Source: Christensenella sp. UBA1428 (GTDB lineage Bacteria > Bacillota > Clostridia > Christensenellales > UBA1750). Taken from it: DNA of 64,000 nucleotides. The stretch spans positions 41-64,040 of the forward strand of contig DCTY01000061.1 of assembly GCA_002329335.1 (NCBI GenBank). Reading direction: 5' to 3'. The translations under genes and the position numbers were made by a program. The notes under the pieces are model-generated. The model saw only the letters and a program-made list of their open reading frames with translations, was not told the origin of the DNA and ran no database searches. Of the stretch, positions 1 through 8,932 are shown piece after piece; the first letter of the stretch is position 1; each line of letters starts with the position of its first letter.

Positions 1-13
1 TTCAGTTCCCGCC

Positions 14-39
14 TGTAGGTGTTACAATGATGTGTGACA
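14..39. repeat. IS left terminal inverted repeat
   Basis: Pairs with 1077-1102 (21/26). Confidence 0.7.
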
Positions 40-73
40 GTTAACAGTCAAGAGAAAAGAATAGCGAATAGGG

Positions 74-1081
74 ATGGCATGTGTTAAGGTTGAGTTGTCG
101 AGACAAAACCGAAAGGCAGGTGCCACCCTATCCGCTATGAATAAGATAACACAGGATATGCGCTTTAAGCAAGCAGTAATTGAGTATTCCTTCAAACATG
201 GTGTCACAAAGGCAGCTATCCGCTACAAGACCAGCAGGCAGAATATTTACCGCTGGAAGGCCAAGTATGACGGCACAGTACGCTCTCTGGCTGACGGCTC
301 ACACCGGCCTGACAGCCACCCGAATCAGCACACAGACGCTGAGATCAAGCTGGTGAAGGACATGCGCCGCAGGAACCCCAACGCCGGACTAGTGGTATTT
401 TGGGTAAAGCTTCGCCAGCGGGGATATACCAGATCCATATCCGGCCTTTATAAGCTGCTCCGGCGGATCAACGGCAATCCTATTAAGCTTCCAAATCCCA
501 AATATGTTGCAAAACCTTATGAACAGATGACATATCCCGGAAAAAGAGGGCAGATAGATGTGAAATATGTTCCATCTGTATGCCTTGCGGGAGAAGCGGT
601 TGAGGATGCCAAAGAGAACGGCGGCTATTATTACCAGTATACCTTCATCGATGAATACAGCCGGTTCCGCTATCTGGAAGCCTTTAAAGAGCACAGCACA
701 TATTCCTCTGCACAGTTTCTAAAACACGTAGTTGAGAAGTTCCCTTATGCGATTGAGTGTATCCAGACAGACAACGGCGCGGAGTTTACAAATGAGATGG
801 GAAACACCAAAAAGAAGCCGCTCACGCTCTTTGAACAGACACTGGAAAAACTGGGAATTCGTCACAAGAAAATCCGCCCCTATACACCCAGACACAACGG
901 AAAGGTCGAGCGTAGTCACAGAAAAGATAATGAAGAATTCTATGCTTCCCACAAGTTCTATTCCTTTGATGACTTCGCCGCCCAACTCGCTGTCAGGCAG
1001 AGACAATACAACAGCTTCCCCATGAGACCTCTCAACTGGAAGACCCCCAAAGACGTCCTTTTTTCTTTCCAGAATGTGTAA
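74..1081 (+). CDS. IS481-family DDE (rve) transposase
   Basis: 335-aa ORF with an N-terminal HTH-like segment. Catalytic core contains IQTDNGAEF and YTPRHNGKVERSHR, typical of IS481-type integrase-core transposases. Alternative start ATG 137 (MNKITQD). Confidence 0.9.
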   Translation: MACVKVELSRQNRKAGATLSAMNKITQDMRFKQAVIEYSFKHGVTKAAIRYKTSRQNIYRWKAKYDGTVRSLADGSHRPDSHPNQHTDAEIKLVKDMRRRNPNAGLVVFWVKLRQRGYTRSISGLYKLLRRINGNPIKLPNPKYVAKPYEQMTYPGKRGQIDVKYVPSVCLAGEAVEDAKENGGYYYQYTFIDEYSRFRYLEAFKEHSTYSSAQFLKHVVEKFPYAIECIQTDNGAEFTNEMGNTKKKPLTLFEQTLEKLGIRHKKIRPYTPRHNGKVERSHRKDNEEFYASHKFYSFDDFAAQLAVRQRQYNSFPMRPLNWKTPKDVLFSFQNV

Positions 1082-1102
1082 CGCATCATTGACAAACCTA
1101 CA
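1077..1102. repeat. IS right terminal inverted repeat
   Basis: Reverse complement matches 14-39 (21/26); overlaps the transposase stop codon region. Confidence 0.7.
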
Positions 1103-1132
1103 TTGAATTCTTTAAGGCAAATGAAATTGGGA

Positions 1133-1162
1133 TTGCATTTTATCCTGCCGCTATGCTATAAT
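1133..1162 (+). promoter_or_regulatory. sigma-70-type promoter for the lipoprotein gene
   Basis: TTGCAT (1133-1138), 18-nt spacer, TATAAT (1157-1162) preceded by TGc. Confidence 0.45.
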
Positions 1163-1287
1163 AACATGCGCAATGCACATTTTACGGGAACATTTTCCGT
1201 TCCTGCTTCGTCTGTTGTATTGTAACTGTGCATTTGCGCTCACGCAATGCCGACAAATCCTGATGCATAACAAAAGGAGCATTCCAA

Positions 1288-2103
1288 ATGAAACGTTTTT
1301 CCGCCTTGTTGCTTGTTGTAATGCTGAGTTTCTCTCTGGCTGCCTGCGGCCCCCAGGAGGATCCGGCCGTTATCCCGGACGTTGCCCCGCTGACCACGGA
1401 GCCCTCCGGCAGTGCGGATCCCAGCGCTTCTGCAGCGCCTACGGGGTCTGCGGATGCTTCGGGCAGCCCTGCCGCCAGCGCGACGGCCAATCCTTCGGCC
1501 AGCGCCAACGCCTCGGCTTCTCCCGCCGGCAGCGCAACCAAAGCGCCCCAGGTCACCAGCGCCGTATCGCCGACCAGCACTACCGGCGCAGGCGTTGACG
1601 TAGATATTGTTTCGGGCTTTAACACCATGGTATCCGGTTCTTCCTACATCGTCGTCGGTAAAATCACCAAGGACGCCGGCGTTGTGGATATTCTGGAGGG
1701 CACCAAAACGCGCGAGCTGGCGCCCAACGCCTATATCGGCAACTGGCAGTACGAAATGGAAGTCACGCAGGTGCTCAAGACCGACAGCACGGCCAAAATC
1801 ACCAAGGGCAGCACCATCACCGTTTCTCTGCCCTATGAATACTGCATGAACACGCAGACCAAGCCCATGGAAAAGGAAGAGGCGTTTGTCGCTCTGGCCG
1901 AGGGCAACAGCTATGTACTGTTTCTGGACTATGATTCCGAGCTGAAATTTTACACCACCGCCGGCTTTGAGCCCAACAAATTCTCCCTGTCCGGCAGCAC
2001 GATGTATATCTTAACCGGCAAGGAAGGCCTGGACATCGCCTGGGAAGCCGGTGCGGGCAAAACCGGCGTTTCGCTCGCCTCGCTTGAAAAGGCCTGCAAA
2101 TAA
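1288..2103 (+). CDS. lipoprotein of unknown function
   Basis: SD AAAAGGAG upstream. Signal peptide with lipobox LAAC, a long Ser/Ala/Pro-rich linker, then a globular domain. Confidence 0.7.
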   Translation: MKRFSALLLVVMLSFSLAACGPQEDPAVIPDVAPLTTEPSGSADPSASAAPTGSADASGSPAASATANPSASANASASPAGSATKAPQVTSAVSPTSTTGAGVDVDIVSGFNTMVSGSSYIVVGKITKDAGVVDILEGTKTRELAPNAYIGNWQYEMEVTQVLKTDSTAKITKGSTITVSLPYEYCMNTQTKPMEKEEAFVALAEGNSYVLFLDYDSELKFYTTAGFEPNKFSLSGSTMYILTGKEGLDIAWEAGAGKTGVSLASLEKACK

Positions 2104-2117
2104 GCGCATGATTTCAT

Positions 2118-2145
2118 AAAAGCCGCCTGTTTGGCGGCTTTTTTA
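2118..2145 (+). terminator. rho-independent terminator
   Basis: Stem AGCCGCC (2121-2127) / GGCGGCT (2133-2139) followed by TTTTTT. Confidence 0.8.
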
Positions 2146-2248
2146 TTTGCTCAAATCCGCGGCTTTGGATTGTATCTTCCGCCGGTCGTTCTTTTTGAAA
2201 GTACGCTTTTAATAAAATGCGCAATCGTATCCCATCCATATAAATTCA

Positions 2249-2277
2249 TTGCCGCCGGATTCATTTTACGGTATAAT
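2249..2277 (+). promoter_or_regulatory. sigma-70-type promoter of the esterase/GH95 operon
   Basis: TTGCCG (2249-2254), 17-nt spacer, TATAAT (2272-2277). Confidence 0.5.
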
Positions 2278-2391
2278 AGAAGAAGCAAACGCAAAGCAAT
2301 TTGAAAAAGCGCAGGCGGGTTTCAGGCAACCGATTTGCTGCGCCGTCGGCTTTCCGCCGGCATTGAATTGGGATCAAAGGAGGCGTTTTTT

Positions 2392-3429
2392 ATGCGATGG
2401 TATTCCCACACGGATGGTCCGCTTTCGCTGCACGGAACAGTCAACGTGCGTTTTGAGCGCATGGCGCGCCAGGACGCCGCGGCAGTGAGCGAAAAGGTTC
2501 AGGAAATGGCGGTGCGCAGTCCGGGCGCGCGCATCCGTTTTGCAACCGACAGCGAAAAAATCGCCGTTGTGCTGCAATATGCGCAGGCGCCCCAGGTGGA
2601 TCTGTGCATGGCGCTTTGCGGCGCATCCGGCGCGGACGTTTATATTGGCGAAGGGTTCGACGCCAAATTCCTCGGCGCGGTTATACCGAAAACATACGAC
2701 CAGATGTCGGTGGAATCAGAAATTGCAATGCCCGAAGGAACGCATACCGTCACCATCACCCTGCCGCGCAACACGCCGCTGGCAAGCGTCCGCGTCGGCG
2801 TATGCGACGGCGCCAAAATGCTGCCCGCGCCGATTTACAGCGTATCAACGCCCATCCTGTTTTACGGCTCTTCCATCACCGAAGGCGGCTGCGCCTCGCG
2901 CCCGTCGATGGCGTATACGGCGCTGGTGTGCCGCTGGCTGGACGCGGATTATCGGAATCTTGGTTTTTCCGGTGCGGCGTTGGGAGAGCCGGCAATGGCG
3001 GATTATATCGCCCGCCAGCCGATGAGCGCTTTTGTATACGATTACGATCACAACACGCCGGACGAAGCGCATCTGAAAAAAACGCATGAGCCGTTCTTTC
3101 AATATATCCGCAAAATGCGGCCGGAGCTGCCGATTTTAATCATGAGCCGCCCGGATGTGGATCATTTCCCGCTGAGCAGCGGCTGGAAACGCGATATCGT
3201 GCGCACAACGTATGAAAACGCCGTCGCTTCGGGCGACCAGCGCGTCTGGTTCTTGGACGGGCACACGTTTTTTGAAGGCCCGGACCGCTCCTTTTGCACC
3301 GTGGATCGCTGTCATCCCACGGATCTGGGCTTTTACCGCATGGCGCAGAAGGTTTACCCGGTGCTGTGCCAGATGCTTGCCCAGCCCAACCGTGCGCCAT
3401 GGCCCAAGCCGCAGGAGGCGCATCGATGA
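2392..3429 (+). CDS. SGNH/GDSL-family hydrolase (carbohydrate esterase-like), paralog 1
   Basis: Start moved to ATG 2392 (MRWYSH; SD AAAGGAGG 2378-2385). Block I FYGSSITEGG and block V DRCHPTD. N-terminal beta-rich accessory domain. Confidence 0.8.
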   Translation: MRWYSHTDGPLSLHGTVNVRFERMARQDAAAVSEKVQEMAVRSPGARIRFATDSEKIAVVLQYAQAPQVDLCMALCGASGADVYIGEGFDAKFLGAVIPKTYDQMSVESEIAMPEGTHTVTITLPRNTPLASVRVGVCDGAKMLPAPIYSVSTPILFYGSSITEGGCASRPSMAYTALVCRWLDADYRNLGFSGAALGEPAMADYIARQPMSAFVYDYDHNTPDEAHLKKTHEPFFQYIRKMRPELPILIMSRPDVDHFPLSSGWKRDIVRTTYENAVASGDQRVWFLDGHTFFEGPDRSFCTVDRCHPTDLGFYRMAQKVYPVLCQMLAQPNRAPWPKPQEAHR

Positions 3430-4439
3430 AATGGTATTGCCATACCGACGCGCCGCTTTCACTGCACGGCACAATCAACAGCCGCTTTGAACGCATGCCG
3501 GCCCAGGCCTGCAATGTCAGCGATCGGATGCGGCCGATGTATCAGCGCAGTCCCGGCGCGCGTCTGCGCTTTGTCACCGACGCCAGCACTCTTCAAATCG
3601 AATTGACCTATGCGCAAAAGCCCGTCTATGGGGCAAATCTTTCGCTGATCGCCGCCAGCAGCGCGGACTGCTATTGCGGCAGCGGGCAGCAGGCGCGGTT
3701 TCTCGGCCTTTGTTCGCCGGCCTCCATCGACCAGATGCAGGCGCAGGCAACGATCGTTACGCAGCTGACCGCCCCTGCCCTCGTCACCGTCGCCTTGCCC
3801 AGCCGTGCGCCGCTGACGCAGGTACGCATCGGCGTAAACGATTCGGCGCAGATGCTGCCCCCGCCGCCCTATACCTACCCCGCGCCCGTGCTGTTTTATG
3901 GGTCGTCCATCACAGAGGGGTTCTGCGCCTCACGCCCGTCCATGTCCTATGCGGCGCTGGTATGCCGGTGGCTGGACGCCGATTGGCGCAACCTGGGCTT
4001 TGCGGGCGCTGCACGCGGAGAAATGCCCGTTGCACGCTATATCGCCGCGCAGAAGCTTGGCGCCTTTGTGCTGGATTATGACCACAACGCGCCCGACGCC
4101 GAGCATTTGCTGGCCACGCACGAGCCTTTTTTCCGCATCGTGCGCGACGCCGACCCGGAGCTGCCCATTTTGATGATGTCCCGTCCGGATGTGGACTTAA
4201 ACCCGCAGGACAGCGCCCGCCGGCGCGATATCGTGCGCCGTACCTACGACCATGCACGGGCGCAGGGCGACCGGCGCGTATGGTTTTTGGACGGACATAC
4301 GCTCTTTGAAGGGCCCAACCGTTCCTTTTTGACCATCGACGGCTGCCATCCGACCGATCTTGGCTTTTACCGAATGGCGCAGGCCGTTTATCCCATTTTG
4401 TCGCAAATGCTTGCGCTTGGGCACAATCAACCCGAATAA
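3426..4439 (+). CDS. SGNH/GDSL-family hydrolase, paralog 2 (tandem duplicate)
   Basis: Start ATG 3426 (MKWYCH) overlaps the upstream stop as ATGA. Same architecture and motifs as paralog 1 (FYGSSITEGF, DGCHPTD). Confidence 0.8.
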   Translation: MKWYCHTDAPLSLHGTINSRFERMPAQACNVSDRMRPMYQRSPGARLRFVTDASTLQIELTYAQKPVYGANLSLIAASSADCYCGSGQQARFLGLCSPASIDQMQAQATIVTQLTAPALVTVALPSRAPLTQVRIGVNDSAQMLPPPPYTYPAPVLFYGSSITEGFCASRPSMSYAALVCRWLDADWRNLGFAGAARGEMPVARYIAAQKLGAFVLDYDHNAPDAEHLLATHEPFFRIVRDADPELPILMMSRPDVDLNPQDSARRRDIVRRTYDHARAQGDRRVWFLDGHTLFEGPNRSFLTIDGCHPTDLGFYRMAQAVYPILSQMLALGHNQPE

Positions 4440-4454
4440 CTGGAGGAACCGACT

Positions 4455-5501
4455 ATGAGAACTGTAACCCTGGGCCGCACCGGCCTGACTGTTTCCAAAA
4501 CCGCGTTTGGCACTGTCCCGATCCAGCGTCTGCCCGAGGCGGATGCCATCGTGCTTTTGCGCCAGGCCTACGACGGCGGTATCACATTTTTTGACACAGC
4601 CGACACCTATACCACCAGCGAGATGCGCGTGGGAAAGGCGTTTGAAGGTATGATGCACAAAATCACGGTGGCAACCAAGGTTTCCCCGCGTACCTATCAG
4701 GAAGCGTCGGCGCATATTGAAAACAGCCTGCGCGCGCTGAAAACCGACTGCATCGACCTGCTCCAGCTGCACAATCCGCCGCAGTGCTATGCCGACCACG
4801 ACGGCACAACGCCGCTGGACGCCGCGCTGGCGTATCAGAAAAAAGGCTATGTCCGCCATATCGGTTTTACCAGTCACAGTCTTAGCGTAGCCGAACAGGC
4901 TGTACAGAGCGGGCTTTATCAGACGCTACAGTTCCCGCTCAACGTCCTGAGCGGCCCGGCCGACGAAGCGCTGATTCAGGCCTGTGAAAAGGCGCAGATG
5001 GGTGTCATCGCCATGAAGCCCTTTGGCGGCGGCATCATCAAGCAGGCCAGCGTAACCTTCACCTATTTCAGCCAGCATCCAAACGTTGTGCCCATCTACG
5101 GTATGCAGCGTCAAAGCGAGCTGCGCGAGCTGCTGGAATTGGAGGCAGCCCCCCCGCTGATGGACGCCTATATGAAAAAGCAGACGCGCCAGATGATCGA
5201 TGCCATTGGCGGGCAATTCTGCCGCGGCTGCGGGCTTTGCAACAAAGCCTGCCCGCAGGGTATCCAGATCAGCTCCTGCAACCGCATGGGGGATTTTTTA
5301 TCGCGCAACACGCTTGCCACCTATCTGACGGCCAAATGGCGCGACGCGATGGAAAAAACGCGTACCTGCACCGACTGCGGGGCCTGTGTTCACGCCTGCC
5401 CCTATGGGCTGGACGTGCGCAGCCAGATGTGCGACAGCTATGATATTTTCATGGATCTTTGGAACCGTCTTGGCGATCAGAGCCAAAACCCGGTTTTGTA
5501 A
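4455..5501 (+). CDS. aldo/keto reductase with C-terminal 4Fe-4S cluster-binding domain
   Basis: AKR N-terminus (GRTGLTVSKTAFGT, FFDTADTY). C-terminal CRGCGLCNKACP and CTDCGACVHACP ferredoxin-type Cys motifs. SD GGAGGA upstream. Confidence 0.85.
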   Translation: MRTVTLGRTGLTVSKTAFGTVPIQRLPEADAIVLLRQAYDGGITFFDTADTYTTSEMRVGKAFEGMMHKITVATKVSPRTYQEASAHIENSLRALKTDCIDLLQLHNPPQCYADHDGTTPLDAALAYQKKGYVRHIGFTSHSLSVAEQAVQSGLYQTLQFPLNVLSGPADEALIQACEKAQMGVIAMKPFGGGIIKQASVTFTYFSQHPNVVPIYGMQRQSELRELLELEAAPPLMDAYMKKQTRQMIDAIGGQFCRGCGLCNKACPQGIQISSCNRMGDFLSRNTLATYLTAKWRDAMEKTRTCTDCGACVHACPYGLDVRSQMCDSYDIFMDLWNRLGDQSQNPVL

Positions 5502-5519
5502 CCCCGGCAAGAGGATACG

Positions 5520-6317
5520 ATGTTTATACAGCTGAATTTCTTTTCACAATATCTGGACATGAACACCGCCGTGACCGTGCTTTTGCCGGATCCTGCCAGC
5601 GGCACGCCCGAAGGGCGTTTTGATCCGGCGGCACGGTATCCCACGGTCTATCTGCTTCACGGCGCGCAAAGCGATCACACCGCCTTTACGCGCTTTACCA
5701 ATGTGGAGCGCTATGCCCAAAAGTACGGTTTTGCCGTTGTCATGCCCGAAGGGCAAAACAGCTATTATGCCGATATGGCGCACGGCCCGGCATTTTTCAG
5801 CTATCTTTCCAAAGAGCTGCCCGCGGCGATGGAGGCGGTTTTCCCCCTGTCGCCCCGGCGGGCAGATCGGTTTGCCGCAGGATATTCCATGGGCGGACGC
5901 GGCGCCTTTCTGCTGGCGCTCACCTGTCCGGATCGCTTTTGCGCGGCGGCCAGCTTATCCGGAAGCCTTGATACCGACGCGCTGATTGAAAAGGCCCGCC
6001 GTCCCGGCGAAGAAGCCTTTTATCGCCGTCTTTCAGACGTATTTGGGGATTTAAGCCGGGTACATGGCGGGTGCTGGGATGTCTGCGCGCTTATGAAAAA
6101 GTGCGCTGCAAATCCCGCCGCGCTGCCGCAGCTTTACCTGACCTGCGGGCTGCAGGACAGCCGGTATGAAACCCAGCATCTGCCGTTTGTTGCGTTTTGT
6201 CAATCCCTCGGCGTGCCGGTGGTTCATGACAGCGCGCCCGGCGGGCATGATTTTGATTTCTGGGACGGTGCGCTGCTGCGCGCATTTTCCTTTTTTGCAA
6301 ACGCCCGAAAAGCCTGA
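5520..6317 (+). CDS. esterase-family serine hydrolase (esterase D / acetyl esterase-like)
   Basis: VYLLHG oxyanion region and GYSMGG nucleophile elbow; 265 aa. Confidence 0.8.
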   Translation: MFIQLNFFSQYLDMNTAVTVLLPDPASGTPEGRFDPAARYPTVYLLHGAQSDHTAFTRFTNVERYAQKYGFAVVMPEGQNSYYADMAHGPAFFSYLSKELPAAMEAVFPLSPRRADRFAAGYSMGGRGAFLLALTCPDRFCAAASLSGSLDTDALIEKARRPGEEAFYRRLSDVFGDLSRVHGGCWDVCALMKKCAANPAALPQLYLTCGLQDSRYETQHLPFVAFCQSLGVPVVHDSAPGGHDFDFWDGALLRAFSFFANARKA

Positions 6318-6447
6318 GCCCGCAAAAAACATTCCCCGTTTCCAATGAGCTTTGAATATCTGAAAAGCACTTCCGTGCTGCGAGAAAAGCAACCAACACC
6401 TTTGGGCTGTTTTCCCCCCGCATAGATGCCAAAAGGAGGCGTCCGGT

Positions 6448-8775
6448 ATGAAATTATGGTACAAATCTCCCGCTCAGGCCTGGATTGAAGCGCTGCCGCT
6501 GGGCAACGGCGCTTTGGGCGCCATGATGTTTGGCGGTACCGCATGCGAGCGCATCGCTATCAACGAAGATACGTTCTGGACGGGGCATCCGCGTGAAACA
6601 GATGTTCCCGGCGCGGCGGAAAAACTGGCGCGGGCGCAGGAACTGATCGATCAAAACCGCTATCTGGAAGCGTCGGATTATGTTGAGGATGCGCTGACGG
6701 GCAAGTTTACCCAAAGCTATCTGCCGGTTGGCGATATTCTGATTTCCTATCCATCCCTAAAAGGCGCAAAGGCGCGCAAATACCGGCGCGAACTGAACCT
6801 GGAGCGCGCGGTTTTTGCGGAATCGTTTGAAGCAGAGGGCATGCATATCGACAAAGAAGCGTTTATCTCTGCGCCCGACGGCGTGATGTGCATGCAAATC
6901 CGCTGCGATCATCCGGGCGGCCTGCATCTGATCGTGCGCGCAGACTGCCAGGTACGCCACAGCGTTTTTGCCAGCGATCAGACGCTGTATGTGGACATGC
7001 GCGCCCCATCGTATTGTCCGCCCAGCTATCGCCGTCAGAACAACACCATTACCCACGGGGAAACGCCCGAGCAGATGGGCATGCGCGCCCGGATGCAGCT
7101 GAAATGCACAAGCGACGGTGAAATACGCACATTGCCCACCGCGCTGGAAATCGTCGGCGCCCAGCAGGCGCAGTTGTTTATCTGCGTCAAAACAAGCTTC
7201 GCCGGGTTTGACAAATTTCCGGAAAAGCAGGGAAAAAACGAAAAAAAGCTGGTTGACGCGCAGCTGCGCGGCGCGCTGAGCAATACATACGAGGAACTAA
7301 AAGCACGCCACGAGGCGGATTTCACCCCGCGGATGAACCGGGTCACGTTCCGTCTGAACCAAGCGCGCGCCAACCTGCCCACAGACGAGCGGCTGCGCCG
7401 CGGGCCGGATGGAGAGCTGTACGAGCTTTTGTTTGCTTACGGCCGGTATTTGCTTTTATCCTGCTCGCGTCCCGGCACGCAGGCCGCCAATTTGCAGGGC
7501 ATCTGGAATCAGGATCTGCGCCCAGCCTGGAGCAGCAATTACACCATCAATATCAACACCGAAATGAACTATTGGCCGGCCGATCTGTGCAACATGGCCG
7601 AGACAACCCAGCCGCTGTTTGACCTGATCGAGCGCTTGCGCGTCACCGGCGCGCGCACAGCCAAAATCCATTACGGTGCGCGCGGCGCGGTTGCGCATCA
7701 CAACACCGATCTTTGGGCGCTTTCAAACCCAGTCGGCGAAGGGAACCGCGGCTTTGCCGGCTGCGCTTTCTGGCCGATGGGCTATGCATGGCTGACGCGT
7801 CATATGGCCGAGCACGACGCCTATTTCCCGGACCGGACGTTTTTAAAAAAGCACGCCTTTCCGGCCGTACGCGACGCCGCGCTGTTTTTCCTGGATGTGC
7901 TGCGGGAAGACCCGGACGGCTATCTTTCCTTCTATCCTGCCACCTCCCCTGAAAACGGTTTTTTATGGGCGGGCAAACGCTGCCGGGTTGCCTATGCGGC
8001 GGCAATGAGCAGCGCGATTGTGCGGGAAGTATTTGAAAACTATCTTGAGATGGCAAAAAAGCTGGGCGTTCAGGAGCTGACCGATGAAATTTCAAACGCG
8101 CTGCCCCGGCTGCATCCGCTCAATATCGGTCCCGATGGACGGCTTTTGGAATGGGAACGCGACTACGAGGAGTACGAACCGCATCACCGCCATGTGTCGC
8201 ATCTGTACGCGCTGCATCCGGCGCATCTAATCACCCCGCAGGACACGCCGCTTTTGGCAAAAGCCTGCGAAAAAACGCTGCTGGCCCGCGGAGACGACGG
8301 CACCGGCTGGAGTCTTGGATGGAAAATCAACTTCTGGGCGCGCTTGGGCGACGGCGATCATGCGCTCAAGCTCATCGACCGGCAGCTGCGTTTTGTCACC
8401 AGCACCCAGACGGAAATGAGCACTGGCGGCGGCACCTACGCCAATCTGTTTGACGCGCATCCGCCGTTTCAGATCGACGGCAATTTTGGCGCCTGCGCCG
8501 GCATTGCCGAGCTGTTTGTGCAGAATCGTCCCGGGACGGCGCTTTTGCTCCCCGCGCTGCCCCAGGCCTGGCAAAGCGGCAAAATGCACGGACTGCGCCT
8601 GTTCGGCGGCTATGCGTGCGACCTGGATTTTGAAGACGGCCGTTTGACCCGCTGCGAAATCACCTGCGACTATAAATCCCCGGCGCCCATCGACGTCTGC
8701 TACGGTCAGGGACGCGTCCCGATCAAACTGCGCCAGGGGGAATCGATCACCTTGACCGCCGCCGATTTTCAATAA
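6448..8775 (+). CDS. glycoside hydrolase family 95 (alpha-L-fucosidase type)
   Basis: N-terminus LWYKSPAQAWIEALPLGNGALGAMMFGG...ERIAINEDTFWTG is the GH95 hallmark. 775 aa, SD AAAAGGAGG, no signal peptide. Confidence 0.85.
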   Translation: MKLWYKSPAQAWIEALPLGNGALGAMMFGGTACERIAINEDTFWTGHPRETDVPGAAEKLARAQELIDQNRYLEASDYVEDALTGKFTQSYLPVGDILISYPSLKGAKARKYRRELNLERAVFAESFEAEGMHIDKEAFISAPDGVMCMQIRCDHPGGLHLIVRADCQVRHSVFASDQTLYVDMRAPSYCPPSYRRQNNTITHGETPEQMGMRARMQLKCTSDGEIRTLPTALEIVGAQQAQLFICVKTSFAGFDKFPEKQGKNEKKLVDAQLRGALSNTYEELKARHEADFTPRMNRVTFRLNQARANLPTDERLRRGPDGELYELLFAYGRYLLLSCSRPGTQAANLQGIWNQDLRPAWSSNYTININTEMNYWPADLCNMAETTQPLFDLIERLRVTGARTAKIHYGARGAVAHHNTDLWALSNPVGEGNRGFAGCAFWPMGYAWLTRHMAEHDAYFPDRTFLKKHAFPAVRDAALFFLDVLREDPDGYLSFYPATSPENGFLWAGKRCRVAYAAAMSSAIVREVFENYLEMAKKLGVQELTDEISNALPRLHPLNIGPDGRLLEWERDYEEYEPHHRHVSHLYALHPAHLITPQDTPLLAKACEKTLLARGDDGTGWSLGWKINFWARLGDGDHALKLIDRQLRFVTSTQTEMSTGGGTYANLFDAHPPFQIDGNFGACAGIAELFVQNRPGTALLLPALPQAWQSGKMHGLRLFGGYACDLDFEDGRLTRCEITCDYKSPAPIDVCYGQGRVPIKLRQGESITLTAADFQ

Positions 8776-8867
8776 AAGCCATGCAGGTTGCCGCGCCGGC
8801 TTGCCGGACGGCAAAGCGTTTTGTCCGGCGCTCCCATACGGATACAAAATCACCATTCTCCCCTATA

Positions 8868-8911
8868 TAAAAAACGGCGAAGCTTCCGTGCGGGACGCTT
8901 CGCCGTTTTCC
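8868..8911. terminator. bidirectional rho-independent terminator between convergent GH95 and GH38 genes
   Basis: Stem AACGGCGAAGC (8873-8883) / GCTTCGCCGTT (8897-8907), flanked by an A-run and a T-run. Confidence 0.75.
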
Positions 8912-8932
8912 TGTGGTTTTCCGTGGTGGCTG

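Larger units (their letters stand above)
14..1102 (+). mobile_element. IS481-family insertion sequence (one DDE transposase bounded by 26-bp imperfect terminal inverted repeats)
   Basis: Left end 14-39 TGTAGGTGTTACAATGATGTGTGACA versus reverse complement of 1077-1102 TGTAGGTTTGTCAATGATGCGTTACA: 21/26 identical by hand alignment. The repeats enclose the transposase ORF. No clear target-site duplication seen. Confidence 0.75.
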
